A stretch of DNA of 64,000 bases from Candidatus Krumholzibacteriia bacterium. Its GTDB lineage: Bacteria > Krumholzibacteriota > Krumholzibacteriia > JACNKJ01. The first letter of the stretch is position 1; each line of letters starts with the position of its first letter. The notes under the pieces are model-generated. The model was not told the DNA's origin, did no database searches, and saw only the letters and a program-made list of their open reading frames with translations. Below are positions 9,775-17,516 of the stretch, piece after piece. A program made the position numbers and the translations under genes. The stretch lies in contig JASMLU010000001.1 of NCBI GenBank assembly GCA_030748535.1, positions 151,087-215,086 on the forward strand, read 5' to 3'.

Positions 9775-10811
9775 TGGCCAGGTCCCGACCTTCTAGCCCC
9801 CTGGAGACTCTTCGAGCTGACCTGAAAGCTACCCTCCGTCCCGTCTACCTCTTTCATGGACCGGAGCAGTTTCTCATTCAGGAAGCAGTGTCTCTTCTCC
9901 GGGAGACCCTTGCTGCCGGAGACATGGCCTGTGAGTTCAAGAGTGACACTCTTGGCGCCAAGAGCCGCTGGTCAGACATTGAACCCCTGCTGATCAATTT
10001 CTCCATGTTCAATGAGAGAGAGATCCTGCATCTGGACATTCCGGGAAAGTTGTCAAAGGACTTTCGGGACTCTCTGAGCGGCTATCTGGAATCTGATCCC
10101 GGGAGCAAGGTGATCTGCCTGACAGCTCCCAGCCTTGATCAGTTAAGAGCGGTGAAAAACCGGGTGGAAAAGCTGAAGGGGATGACTCTTTCCTTTCAGG
10201 AACTGAAAGGGGAGGCGCTCCTTGCCTGGATCCGTTCATCACTTGCCGTGAAAAACGTCTCCTGCGCACGGGATGTTCCCGCAACCCTGCTTGCACTCCT
10301 TCCTCATGGTCTGTCTGCTCTGTCGGGAGAGATAGAAAAGCTCGCCCTGATTGCCAGGGAGGGCGAAGCGCTGGACAGAGACACGGTGGAGAGGATCGTG
10401 GGAGGGAAAGCGGACCTGAATGTCTTTCGACTTGTGGACGCTCTTCGTCCTGGGAACGATGCGGAATTCCTCCGCATTCTGGGGGAGTTCCTCGATTCAG
10501 GGGCACACAAACCCGTCTCCCTTCTGCCTCTGCTGGGGACAACCGTTCGTAATCTCCTCAAGGCCCGGATTCTTCTGGATTCAAATTCCAACTCTCCGGC
10601 AAGCGTGGAAAAACAGATGGGTTTGCATCCTTACCTTGCGAAGAAGACAGTGGCAAGGGCCCAGAGGGGGAGTCGGTCTCTCTTCTTGTCCTGGCTCCTG
10701 AACCTGCAGAAACTGGATGTCCGTCTGAAAAGAAGTCCCGAAGATCGTTCCCGAATCCTCATGGAGACCTACCTTCTGGAGTCTCTCTCCGGCAGATTCC
10801 TTTCCTCCTGA
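9774..10811 (+). CDS. holA: DNA polymerase III delta subunit
   Basis: PVYLFHGPEQFL N-terminus and LSGEIEKLAL / VFRLVDAL blocks typical of HolA. TAATG junction with the lptE-like gene. Confidence 0.75.
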   Translation: MARSRPSSPLETLRADLKATLRPVYLFHGPEQFLIQEAVSLLRETLAAGDMACEFKSDTLGAKSRWSDIEPLLINFSMFNEREILHLDIPGKLSKDFRDSLSGYLESDPGSKVICLTAPSLDQLRAVKNRVEKLKGMTLSFQELKGEALLAWIRSSLAVKNVSCARDVPATLLALLPHGLSALSGEIEKLALIAREGEALDRDTVERIVGGKADLNVFRLVDALRPGNDAEFLRILGEFLDSGAHKPVSLLPLLGTTVRNLLKARILLDSNSNSPASVEKQMGLHPYLAKKTVARAQRGSRSLFLSWLLNLQKLDVRLKRSPEDRSRILMETYLLESLSGRFLSS

Positions 10812-10813
10812 GC

Positions 10814-10843
10814 TTGCACGCCGACTCAAGCCCTGAGTATATT
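10814..10843 (+). promoter_or_regulatory. sigma70-type promoter TTGCAC-N18-TATATT
   Basis: Hexamers read directly. Followed by GGAGG 5 nt before ATG 10864. Confidence 0.45.
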
Positions 10844-10863
10844 CCCCCTCATTGGAGGACAAC

Positions 10864-11496
10864 ATGCGACGTCTCTGTTTACTGTTTGCGATTGCTCTGC
10901 TCCCTGCCTTCTCCCTGCTTGCCGCAGAGACGGAGGGAGAGGAGAAGGATCCACGTTGGCTGGCCGGACATGAATACCGTCAATGGGTTTATGACCAGAA
11001 CTTTATCGGCGACCAGAATTCCAATCTGGACCCGGGGATTGATTTCATTGAGGAAGGTAAGATTCGCATCCACTCCGGCCGAGTCTACTTCTATGACAAT
11101 CTGGATCTGGCGATGCAATTGGGCCGCGAAACGGGATTCCCGATTGCCTTCTATATCTTTGACCACCAGTGCCAGACCTGCCTCTACCGTCTCGGGGAAC
11201 TGTATTTCGATCCCACGATTGTTGCCAAGAGTCGTAAGTTCATCAATGTCTATGTCGAAGTGCCCAAGATGCGGCCACGCCTGAGTAAACTCGGAATCTC
11301 AAACTCGAATCTGACCGTGCAGTTCTTCCTTCCGGGAATGCGTCGGCTGCGGGTCCTCGATGATGCCGAGAAAGAGAACCTCAGTCATACATACGATCTG
11401 ATCTTTGAGAAATATCACTCTCTGAGTCCTGAGGAGAGGATGAAGCCCCCTCGTCCCCCCAAGCAGTTTCGAATGAGCCCCAATCAGTATCGATAA
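10864..11496 (+). CDS. secreted thioredoxin-fold protein (CxxC)
   Basis: Signal peptide MRRLCLLFAIALLPAFSLLAA. FYIFDHQCQTC with downstream FINVYVEV resembles the thioredoxin_7/DUF255 layout. Start chosen at the ATG with a GGAGG SD. Confidence 0.5.
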   Translation: MRRLCLLFAIALLPAFSLLAAETEGEEKDPRWLAGHEYRQWVYDQNFIGDQNSNLDPGIDFIEEGKIRIHSGRVYFYDNLDLAMQLGRETGFPIAFYIFDHQCQTCLYRLGELYFDPTIVAKSRKFINVYVEVPKMRPRLSKLGISNSNLTVQFFLPGMRRLRVLDDAEKENLSHTYDLIFEKYHSLSPEERMKPPRPPKQFRMSPNQYR

Positions 11497-11527
11497 GAAA
11501 ACCCCGGCAAGCGCCGGGGTTTCTTTT
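11497..11527. terminator. bidirectional intrinsic terminator between convergent genes
   Basis: GAAAA-CCCCGGC-aagc-GCCGGGG-TTTCTTTT. A-run and T-run flank a 7-bp GC stem. Confidence 0.75.
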
Positions 11528-13040
11528 AAAACTGAAGTCTGCTGGCAAGGTCAGGTGGTAGCCGAAGGGGAGAGTAGCGGGATGCTTGCAAGGGAACCTC
11601 GGGCAGGGAAGGGTGCTGCAAGTTGGAGCCGTAGGTTTCATTGATCTTGTCAATGAAGTACCCGGCAATCACGGCCTGTCCGATATTGGAAGGATGAACT
11701 CCATCCAAACTAAAGAGGCCTCCTGTTACAAAGTCAGTCGTATAGTGCTTTCCATTGTAGTCCAGCCCATCGACAGACACTTCCGAGAACAGGGCGTTCA
11801 TATCCACAAGGGGAATGCCGAAAGCTCCCGCCAGGGAGGCAATGACGGCATTATATGCGTCCGTTGCCGCAAGAATCGCAACCTTCTCTGACTCCACCAG
11901 CGTCAGGTTTCCCGGGAGGAGTTGCCCATGAAGGGGGAAGGGGCTGTTCTCGGGATCGTTGAGTACTGCAGTCGCAGTGGCCTCATCCATTCCCATGCTC
12001 TCCATCAGAAGGGCAATCAGAATCGCATCGGGGATTCCCATTCCCTCGGAAATGTAGGAACTGGCAGACAGGCAAACCAGGTCGCTGGGCACAAGCTGGT
12101 AGGCAGTGTCGGCGGCATCCTCGGCGAGAAGGCCAATGGGAAATCCCGTGTCCGGGTCATAGACCGGATTCATATCCGGGTCAACGATCAGCCAGGGGAT
12201 GGCGGTGAAGAAGGGGATGGAAGTGACATAGGGCAGATTCGCCACAATCATGTCCAGATCCGGCAAGGCGGTCTTCAGATCATTCAGGATACTCCAGTAA
12301 ATGGCCTCCATGCTGAGGCCGTCTCCCGTTGCCGGATAGAAGGCATCCCCTGAGCCGTTTGTCGCCGGCATCAGGAGTTCATTGTTCCCGATCCAGAGGC
12401 TCAAAAAGGTGGGGGAGGCGAGAATGGTCTGCTCCACAACCGAGAGGTAGTCCTCGTCCTGCCCAAGAGCCGTCCAGAGTCCAGTCCCGTTGCGAAGCAC
12501 CGAGTCAAAATAGGAATTGGGTTCGCCCAGAAATGACCCGGTAAAACAGTCCGTGGAAATCGTGGCAAAGTAGAGGTCATAGGCCGTGGACCCGGGAATC
12601 CCGAGGTTGTGGTAGGGGGCCAGAAGACCCGCGTTGAGAAGGAACTGGGCGGGGTCGGATACTCCCTCCGGCCAGGGCGTGGGAGCAATAGAAGCATTGC
12701 CTTCCTCATCAAAGACCAGTTGCAGATGGCCGACTCCGGGCAGCCCTTCCACTTCCGTTGAATAGATACCCGGATCCATCATCCAGGGCATCTCAAAGGA
12801 AGTAACTCCCATGCTTTGGGAAAGAAGCCGGGCATAGCCATACTGCTGCGTGCTTTCATACAGGGCACCGCTCTGGTATCCGGCCGTCAGGCTATTTCCA
12901 AGAGTGACATAGACGGAAAAGTCTGCCGTTCCTGAATCCACTTCCTCCGGCAGGATCTCCTCTTCCACTGGTGCAAAGACGGAGCAACCGAGAGAGAGGA
13001 GAAAGAGGGCCGCAGTAAAGAGAGCAAGAATCCGTTTCAT
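11526..13040 (-). CDS. SGNH/GDSL-family hydrolase lipoprotein (putative lipase/esterase)
   Basis: Lipobox LSLGC. Block I GNSLTAG near the N-terminus and block V DGVHPS near the C-terminus. Confidence 0.6.
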   Translation of the reverse strand: MKRILALFTAALFLLSLGCSVFAPVEEEILPEEVDSGTADFSVYVTLGNSLTAGYQSGALYESTQQYGYARLLSQSMGVTSFEMPWMMDPGIYSTEVEGLPGVGHLQLVFDEEGNASIAPTPWPEGVSDPAQFLLNAGLLAPYHNLGIPGSTAYDLYFATISTDCFTGSFLGEPNSYFDSVLRNGTGLWTALGQDEDYLSVVEQTILASPTFLSLWIGNNELLMPATNGSGDAFYPATGDGLSMEAIYWSILNDLKTALPDLDMIVANLPYVTSIPFFTAIPWLIVDPDMNPVYDPDTGFPIGLLAEDAADTAYQLVPSDLVCLSASSYISEGMGIPDAILIALLMESMGMDEATATAVLNDPENSPFPLHGQLLPGNLTLVESEKVAILAATDAYNAVIASLAGAFGIPLVDMNALFSEVSVDGLDYNGKHYTTDFVTGGLFSLDGVHPSNIGQAVIAGYFIDKINETYGSNLQHPSLPEVPLQASRYSPLRLPPDLASRLQF

Positions 13041-13048
13041 TTCGCCTC

Positions 13049-14296
13049 CTAGAAGTGGTAGCTAAGGCCGATGCCCAGCAGGTTTGAGAACGTGCGATAA
13101 TTGCCGTTGAAGCCATCATGGTTGTCGCGAACTTCCCTCTCGTCCGCAAAGACCATGAGATTATAGAAGTCGAGGTCGAGGTTCTTGCCGAAATGGTAGC
13201 CATATCCAAGAGACCAGACCGTGCGATCCGAGTCCGGTAGAACCGGTCCGCAACTTGCCGAAGGCTGGGGACTGAAGTCCCTGGCAAAACCCGCCCTTAG
13301 CTCAAGGCAGCGATTGTACTGGTAAGCAAGACCAAAGCGGTACTGGCTGGAGTCTTCGTAATCCTCCGGAAGGAGCTTGTTGTTTTCAGGGCTGTCGGGG
13401 AAAACAAGATTCAGGCTCTCAAAAGCAGACCAGAAAACCCGGTTGTAGTTGAACTCAAAGCGAAGATCCGGCCGAAGCTGGCTTGAAATGCCCAAGGAAT
13501 AGAGAGCGGGTAAAGGAATGGCTGTCTCCGCGCCTCCGTCCACGGGAAGAACCCCTTCGAAACCGGGATAGGCAGTAAAGTCCGCTTCGCCCGTGAAGTC
13601 GAGTTGGATTTCACTCTTGTAATTGAAGCCCAGCTGAATGTTCTCACAGTAGTCGTAGAGCAAACCGAAATTGAAACCGTAGCTCAGGTCACTGCTTCCC
13701 GTAATGGTGGCCGTTCCGACATCCGTTGCATTGGGGATGTTCTCTACAAGGCCCTGTTCCAGGTGCACGCTTCCCTTTACCAGATTCACGCCCGCTCCAA
13801 GAGAGAGAGCATCCGTGAGCTTCCAGGCCAGCGTGGGGCTGAAGAAGTAGGTCTTCAGGTCCGTGAAAGTCGAGATGGAGCGCCCCGAGAAGCTCTCGGG
13901 ATTCTCCCATTCGACTGCAAGACCATAGGGGGTGTAAAATCCCAGCCCGAAGGCGAGATCCTTCCCCAGAGAGCGGGAATAATAGGCCTGTGGCAGAAGG
14001 AAGAAATGATCGGCGAGCCTTTCCGTAACCCCGAAGCCGGGATTGGGAGCCACTCCGCTGAACTCTGTTTTCGGGCTGATTCCGGTCAGGTCCAAGCTGA
14101 AATTACTTCCCTCAAGGCCTGCAAGGCCCGCGGGATTGAAGAAGATCGCCGTAGGGTCGTCCGCGCTGGCCGTCATGGTTCCCCCAAGAGCGGAACTCTT
14201 CGTTCCCATCTCCCAGACAGCAAAACCTGCCGCCCAGGCACTGAGAGGGAGGGCCAGAAGCGCAAGGATGGTGAAAGTTCTGAGTGTTGATTTCAT
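13049..14296 (-). CDS. fadL: FadL/TodX-family outer-membrane hydrophobic-compound transporter
   Basis: Signal peptide ending SAWA. DDPTAIFFNPAGL N-terminal hatch motif, alternating beta-strand pattern, C-terminal aromatic residue (YHF). Confidence 0.8.
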   Translation of the reverse strand: MKSTLRTFTILALLALPLSAWAAGFAVWEMGTKSSALGGTMTASADDPTAIFFNPAGLAGLEGSNFSLDLTGISPKTEFSGVAPNPGFGVTERLADHFFLLPQAYYSRSLGKDLAFGLGFYTPYGLAVEWENPESFSGRSISTFTDLKTYFFSPTLAWKLTDALSLGAGVNLVKGSVHLEQGLVENIPNATDVGTATITGSSDLSYGFNFGLLYDYCENIQLGFNYKSEIQLDFTGEADFTAYPGFEGVLPVDGGAETAIPLPALYSLGISSQLRPDLRFEFNYNRVFWSAFESLNLVFPDSPENNKLLPEDYEDSSQYRFGLAYQYNRCLELRAGFARDFSPQPSASCGPVLPDSDRTVWSLGYGYHFGKNLDLDFYNLMVFADEREVRDNHDGFNGNYRTFSNLLGIGLSYHF

Positions 14297-14324
14297 GACA
14301 CCTCTTTCTTGCCGATTCGATGCT

Positions 14325-16166
14325 TTATGAACGGGACTCTTCGTAGAGAGAGTCGATAATTTCCTGATACGATGCTTCCACCCGGTTTCTCTTGACCTTG
14401 AGAGTGGGGGTCAGTTCCCCGCCTTCCAGACTCAACTCATGGTCCAGGATGGCGAACTTCTTGATCTGTTCAAAGGAGGAGAGTCTCTCATTGAATTCGT
14501 CTACCCGGTCCTGATACATCTGCCGGATCAGCGGCTCAGCCACCAGACCCGCCTGAGAAGTGAAGAGAATCTCATTTTCCCTGGCATACTTGAGCAGGTT
14601 TTCGTAGTTCGGAACCAGGAGAGCGGTGACGTAACTCCGGCGATCACCAATGAGGACACACTCAGAAATGAACTTGTCCGTTTTGAACTTGTTTTCAATC
14701 GGCTGGGGGGCAATGTTCTTGCCGCCGGCCGTAACGATCAGGTCCTTCTTGCGATCCGTAATCTTCAGGAAACCGTCTTTATCAAACTCGCCAATGTCTC
14801 CCGTGGCAAACCATCCATCCGGGCTGATAGACTCTCTCGTTGCCTCTTCATTCCGGTAATAGCCCTTCATGACATTGGGACCACGCGTGAGGATTTCCCC
14901 GTCATCGGCGATCTTCACCTCAATTCCCGGGAGCGTCTTGCCGACAGTCCCCAGCCTCATATCATGAAGGAAGTTCGCGGAAATGACCGGGCTGGTTTCC
15001 GTAAGACCGTAGCCTTCCAGAATGGGGAGCCCGGCAGCATAGAAAAACTTGGCGATGTCAGCGTTCAAGGGCGCGCCTCCGGACACAAAGAAACGCAGAC
15101 TGCCGCCTGTCTTGGTCTGGAGCTTCGAGAAGACCAGCTTCGCAGCGATCTTGTAGAAGAACCGCAGGCCTCCGGAGACCGCCTTCTTTTCGATATCCAA
15201 CTCCGCCCAGCGTTCGCCGGTGCGCTTCGCCCAGAAAAAGAGGTTCTTCTTGATCGAGCTGCCCGAGAGAGCGGTGTCGAGAATCCTTGCGTACATCTTC
15301 TCATAGAGGCGGGGTACGGAAATCATGATGGTGGGATGAACTTCCAGCAGATTCTGCGGAACGGTCTCAATGGACTCCGCATAGGCAATCGAAGCTCCCG
15401 CATCCAGCATGAAGTAATAGCCGGCCATCCGCTCAAAGATATGACTGAGAGGCAGGAAAGAAAGCGAGACATCCGATGAATCGCATTCAATCAGACTCTT
15501 GGAGGCGTTGATATTGCTCACGATGTTTCCGTGAGTCAGCATGACACCCTTGGGATCACCGGTGGTTCCCGAGGTGTAGATGAAACTGCAAACCTGATCA
15601 GCTTCCACAGAGAGAGCCAGTTCCTCGAAAGCGTCTTTCTGGTCCTCATACTGAGCTTCTCCCAGGCTCAAGAGATCCTGAAAACTCATCACACCCGGCT
15701 CAGTTGACTCGCCGTCCATCAGGACGATTTCCTTCAGATCCTCCAGGTTGTGTCGAATTTGGAGGATTTTCTCGACTTGCTCCTGGGTGGAACAAAGGAC
15801 GAACTTGGCTCCCGAGTTCTGAAGAATGTAGAGGATTTGCTCGGGCAAAAGAGTCGGGTAAATCGGAACATTGACTGCTGCAGAAAGCAGGATTCCAAAG
15901 TCGCTGACAGCCCATTCCAAACGATTTTCAGCGAGCAGAGCGGCGCGATCTCCGGGGCGGAGTCCCAACTTCTGCAGGGCAAGAGCCGCATAAGAGGCCA
16001 TCGTCCCGAATTCGACAGAGGAAACGGCTTGGTACTTCCCGGCGACTTTTCTCTGAAAAGCACGAGGATTCTGAATCTCCCGAACGTTTTTGAAGAAGAT
16101 ATCATTGAGAGTACGAATCTCCACGCGGGGCCTCCTTAGTACGGGTGCTGCGCCTTCGAAGCGCAT
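14325..16166 (-). CDS. fadD: long-chain fatty-acid--CoA ligase (AMP-forming)
   Basis: AMP-binding signature YTSGTTGDPKGV; also GEILTRGPNVMKGYY, TGDIG, KNIAPQPIE. Confidence 0.9.
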   Translation of the reverse strand: MRFEGAAPVLRRPRVEIRTLNDIFFKNVREIQNPRAFQRKVAGKYQAVSSVEFGTMASYAALALQKLGLRPGDRAALLAENRLEWAVSDFGILLSAAVNVPIYPTLLPEQILYILQNSGAKFVLCSTQEQVEKILQIRHNLEDLKEIVLMDGESTEPGVMSFQDLLSLGEAQYEDQKDAFEELALSVEADQVCSFIYTSGTTGDPKGVMLTHGNIVSNINASKSLIECDSSDVSLSFLPLSHIFERMAGYYFMLDAGASIAYAESIETVPQNLLEVHPTIMISVPRLYEKMYARILDTALSGSSIKKNLFFWAKRTGERWAELDIEKKAVSGGLRFFYKIAAKLVFSKLQTKTGGSLRFFVSGGAPLNADIAKFFYAAGLPILEGYGLTETSPVISANFLHDMRLGTVGKTLPGIEVKIADDGEILTRGPNVMKGYYRNEEATRESISPDGWFATGDIGEFDKDGFLKITDRKKDLIVTAGGKNIAPQPIENKFKTDKFISECVLIGDRRSYVTALLVPNYENLLKYARENEILFTSQAGLVAEPLIRQMYQDRVDEFNERLSSFEQIKKFAILDHELSLEGGELTPTLKVKRNRVEASYQEIIDSLYEESRS

Positions 16167-16167
16167 T

Positions 16168-16195
16168 GGTTAACATAATATACATTATGCGTCAT
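16168..16195 (-). other. dif: dif site (XerC/XerD chromosome-dimer resolution site)
   Basis: The minus strand reads ATGACGCATAA-TGTATA-TTATGTTAACC. E. coli dif is GGTGCGCATAA-TGTATA-TTATGTTAAAT. That is 22/28 identical by hand alignment, with the central hexamer 6/6. Confidence 0.8.
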
Positions 16196-16593
16196 TCCGG
16201 GCTTCCCCCCTTGAAGGTGGGTGGCTCCGGGATTCTCTCCGCATAATTGCCGATCCAGGGAAGCGGCGTGAGTTCTCCTGTCAAAGCCTTGGCAACTCCC
16301 AGCACTGCCAGAGCCAGAACAGGAAGCCAGAGGACCAGTCTCAGAAGAATCAGAAGCAGTAGGCCCAGAAACGGGATCTTCCCGATGCTGGCATCGAGAA
16401 CAGCGATCAGAATCCAGGCCAGGATTTCCAGCAGAAAGAGGAAGAGTCCCTGCTGTGCATGGAAGCGAACATGCTTGCTCTCCCCCGCCCGGAAATAGGG
16501 CAAGAGACAGAGAAATGGCAGATAGGAAAGAGCAGAGTACCAGTAGGTATTGGAGTCTGCTCGATCTGGCCCGGAAGATGTGGGCGTGTTCAC
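16192..16593 (-). CDS. DUF4870-like small membrane protein
   Basis: HAQQGLFLFLLE motif and 3 hydrophobic segments. Start reassigned to GTG 16593 (GAAGGGGA SD), because the ORF-track TTG at 16650 is the -35 hexamer of a promoter. Confidence 0.5.
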   Translation of the reverse strand: MNTPTSSGPDRADSNTYWYSALSYLPFLCLLPYFRAGESKHVRFHAQQGLFLFLLEILAWILIAVLDASIGKIPFLGLLLLILLRLVLWLPVLALAVLGVAKALTGELTPLPWIGNYAERIPEPPTFKGGSPE

Positions 16594-16621
16594 GGGATCC
16601 CCTTCTGATGGCTGAAAGGTT

Positions 16622-16650
16622 AGTAGAGCAAGTCGTCCGGGGAAAGTCAA
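16622..16650 (-). promoter_or_regulatory. sigma70-type promoter TTGACT-N17-TCTACT with cTTGC upstream of the -10
   Basis: Read on the minus strand. Lies immediately after the terminator of the upstream gene. Confidence 0.4.
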
Positions 16651-16651
16651 C

Positions 16652-16690
16652 GCAAAGAAAAGCCCCCGAAATCCCTGCCGGACTCGGGGG
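16652..16690 (-). terminator. intrinsic terminator after the TPR gene
   Basis: Minus strand: CCCCCGA ... TCGGGGG stem followed by CTTTTCTTTG. Confidence 0.55.
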
Positions 16691-16706
16691 GTAAATGCAG
16701 GGATTC

Positions 16707-17399
16707 TCAGGGGTTCAGGACGGCAAGAGCCTCCAGATCCCTTTGTACATCAAGAAGGAGCTTTCCCTTTGCCTTCTCCTTCAGGGAGGACAGGATGTCA
16801 CCGGCAAGATCAAAGTAGCGGGAATCAAGATAGATCTTACTGGCCTTGTAAGCTGTCAGAAGGGACAGCTCTTCCCAGGCTCGCGGATGCTCAGAAATCT
16901 CAAGGTAGAGGTCCGCAGCTTTCTTGGGATTTCTCAGGCTATGCTCACAGGAGGCAATTCCCTGAAGGGCTGCCAGTTCGAATTCTCCCTCGGGCTCAGC
17001 ACTCAGATAGGCTGAATAGTCGCCCCGGGCCTCTTCAAACTGCTGGAGGCGTTCCTTGCAAAAGCCCGAGTAATAGAGAGTCCAGGCCCCTACCGTCCTT
17101 TTCGGGTATTCAGCTCCTACTGCCTCAAAACCGGCCAAGGCCTGTTGAAAGGCCTCCTCTGTATTGCTATCCAGAGCCAATTCAAGATTACCGAGAGCTG
17201 AAGCGAAGGACTGCCGGGATTCCAGTTCCGATTCCTTCGCAAAACGGAAAGACAGACTGACGGCAGCAATCACGATGAGAATCATCGTAAGAGAGGCAAT
17301 CACGCTCTTCTTGTGCGCCATAAACAGCGCTGCATAGTGCCCGGCCCGATCGACGAAGGCATCTTCCCTCACATGGCGGCCGCTCTTCTGAGATACCAA
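16707..17399 (-). CDS. membrane-anchored TPR-like protein (YfgM-like architecture)
   Basis: Single TM (VIASLTMILIVIAAVSL) followed by a helical-repeat region. Start set at TTG 17399, 6 nt after GGGAGG. ATG 17321 is an alternative. The ORF-track start 17471 lies upstream of the predicted promoter. Confidence 0.45.
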   Translation of the reverse strand: MVSQKSGRHVREDAFVDRAGHYAALFMAHKKSVIASLTMILIVIAAVSLSFRFAKESELESRQSFASALGNLELALDSNTEEAFQQALAGFEAVGAEYPKRTVGAWTLYYSGFCKERLQQFEEARGDYSAYLSAEPEGEFELAALQGIASCEHSLRNPKKAADLYLEISEHPRAWEELSLLTAYKASKIYLDSRYFDLAGDILSSLKEKAKGKLLLDVQRDLEALAVLNP

Positions 17400-17433
17400 G
17401 GCAATCCTCCCGGAAAGTGAAATTGTGAGAAAG

Positions 17434-17462
17434 AACTTAACATTTGCCTCCCTGACCGGCAA
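17434..17462 (-). promoter_or_regulatory. sigma70-type promoter TTGCCG-N17-TAAGTT with extended -10 (TGt)
   Basis: Read on the minus strand upstream of the TPR gene. Confidence 0.45.
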
Positions 17463-17516
17463 GTCCCTCAAGCTTCAGATTGACAGGAAGGAAAAAGGAA
17501 AGGAAAGTCAGGTATC

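Noticed and set aside
14439-15479. 346-aa plus-strand ORF. Similar antisense ORFs lie at 32861-33907, 45112-45978, 45819-46733 and 61628-62557.
   Set aside because: Each lies opposite a strongly supported gene (fadD, mutL, cmk/aroA, secA) and has no motifs or plausible start context.
16164-16200. The AT-rich dif core acting as the fadD promoter; also a second dif-like half-site that would indicate an integrated Xer-exploiting element (IMEX).
   Set aside because: TATATT inside dif has no acceptable -35 and would leave a ~3-nt leader. I found no second copy of CATAA-N6-TTATG-type sequence nearby, and the flanking genes do not look mobile.
17480-17508. TTGACA-N17-GAAAGT as the promoter of the PP2C phosphatase gene.
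   Set aside because: The -35 is perfect, but the -10 lacks the invariant T/A positions. It is too weak to list as a feature, though a promoter must lie somewhere in 17463-17516.
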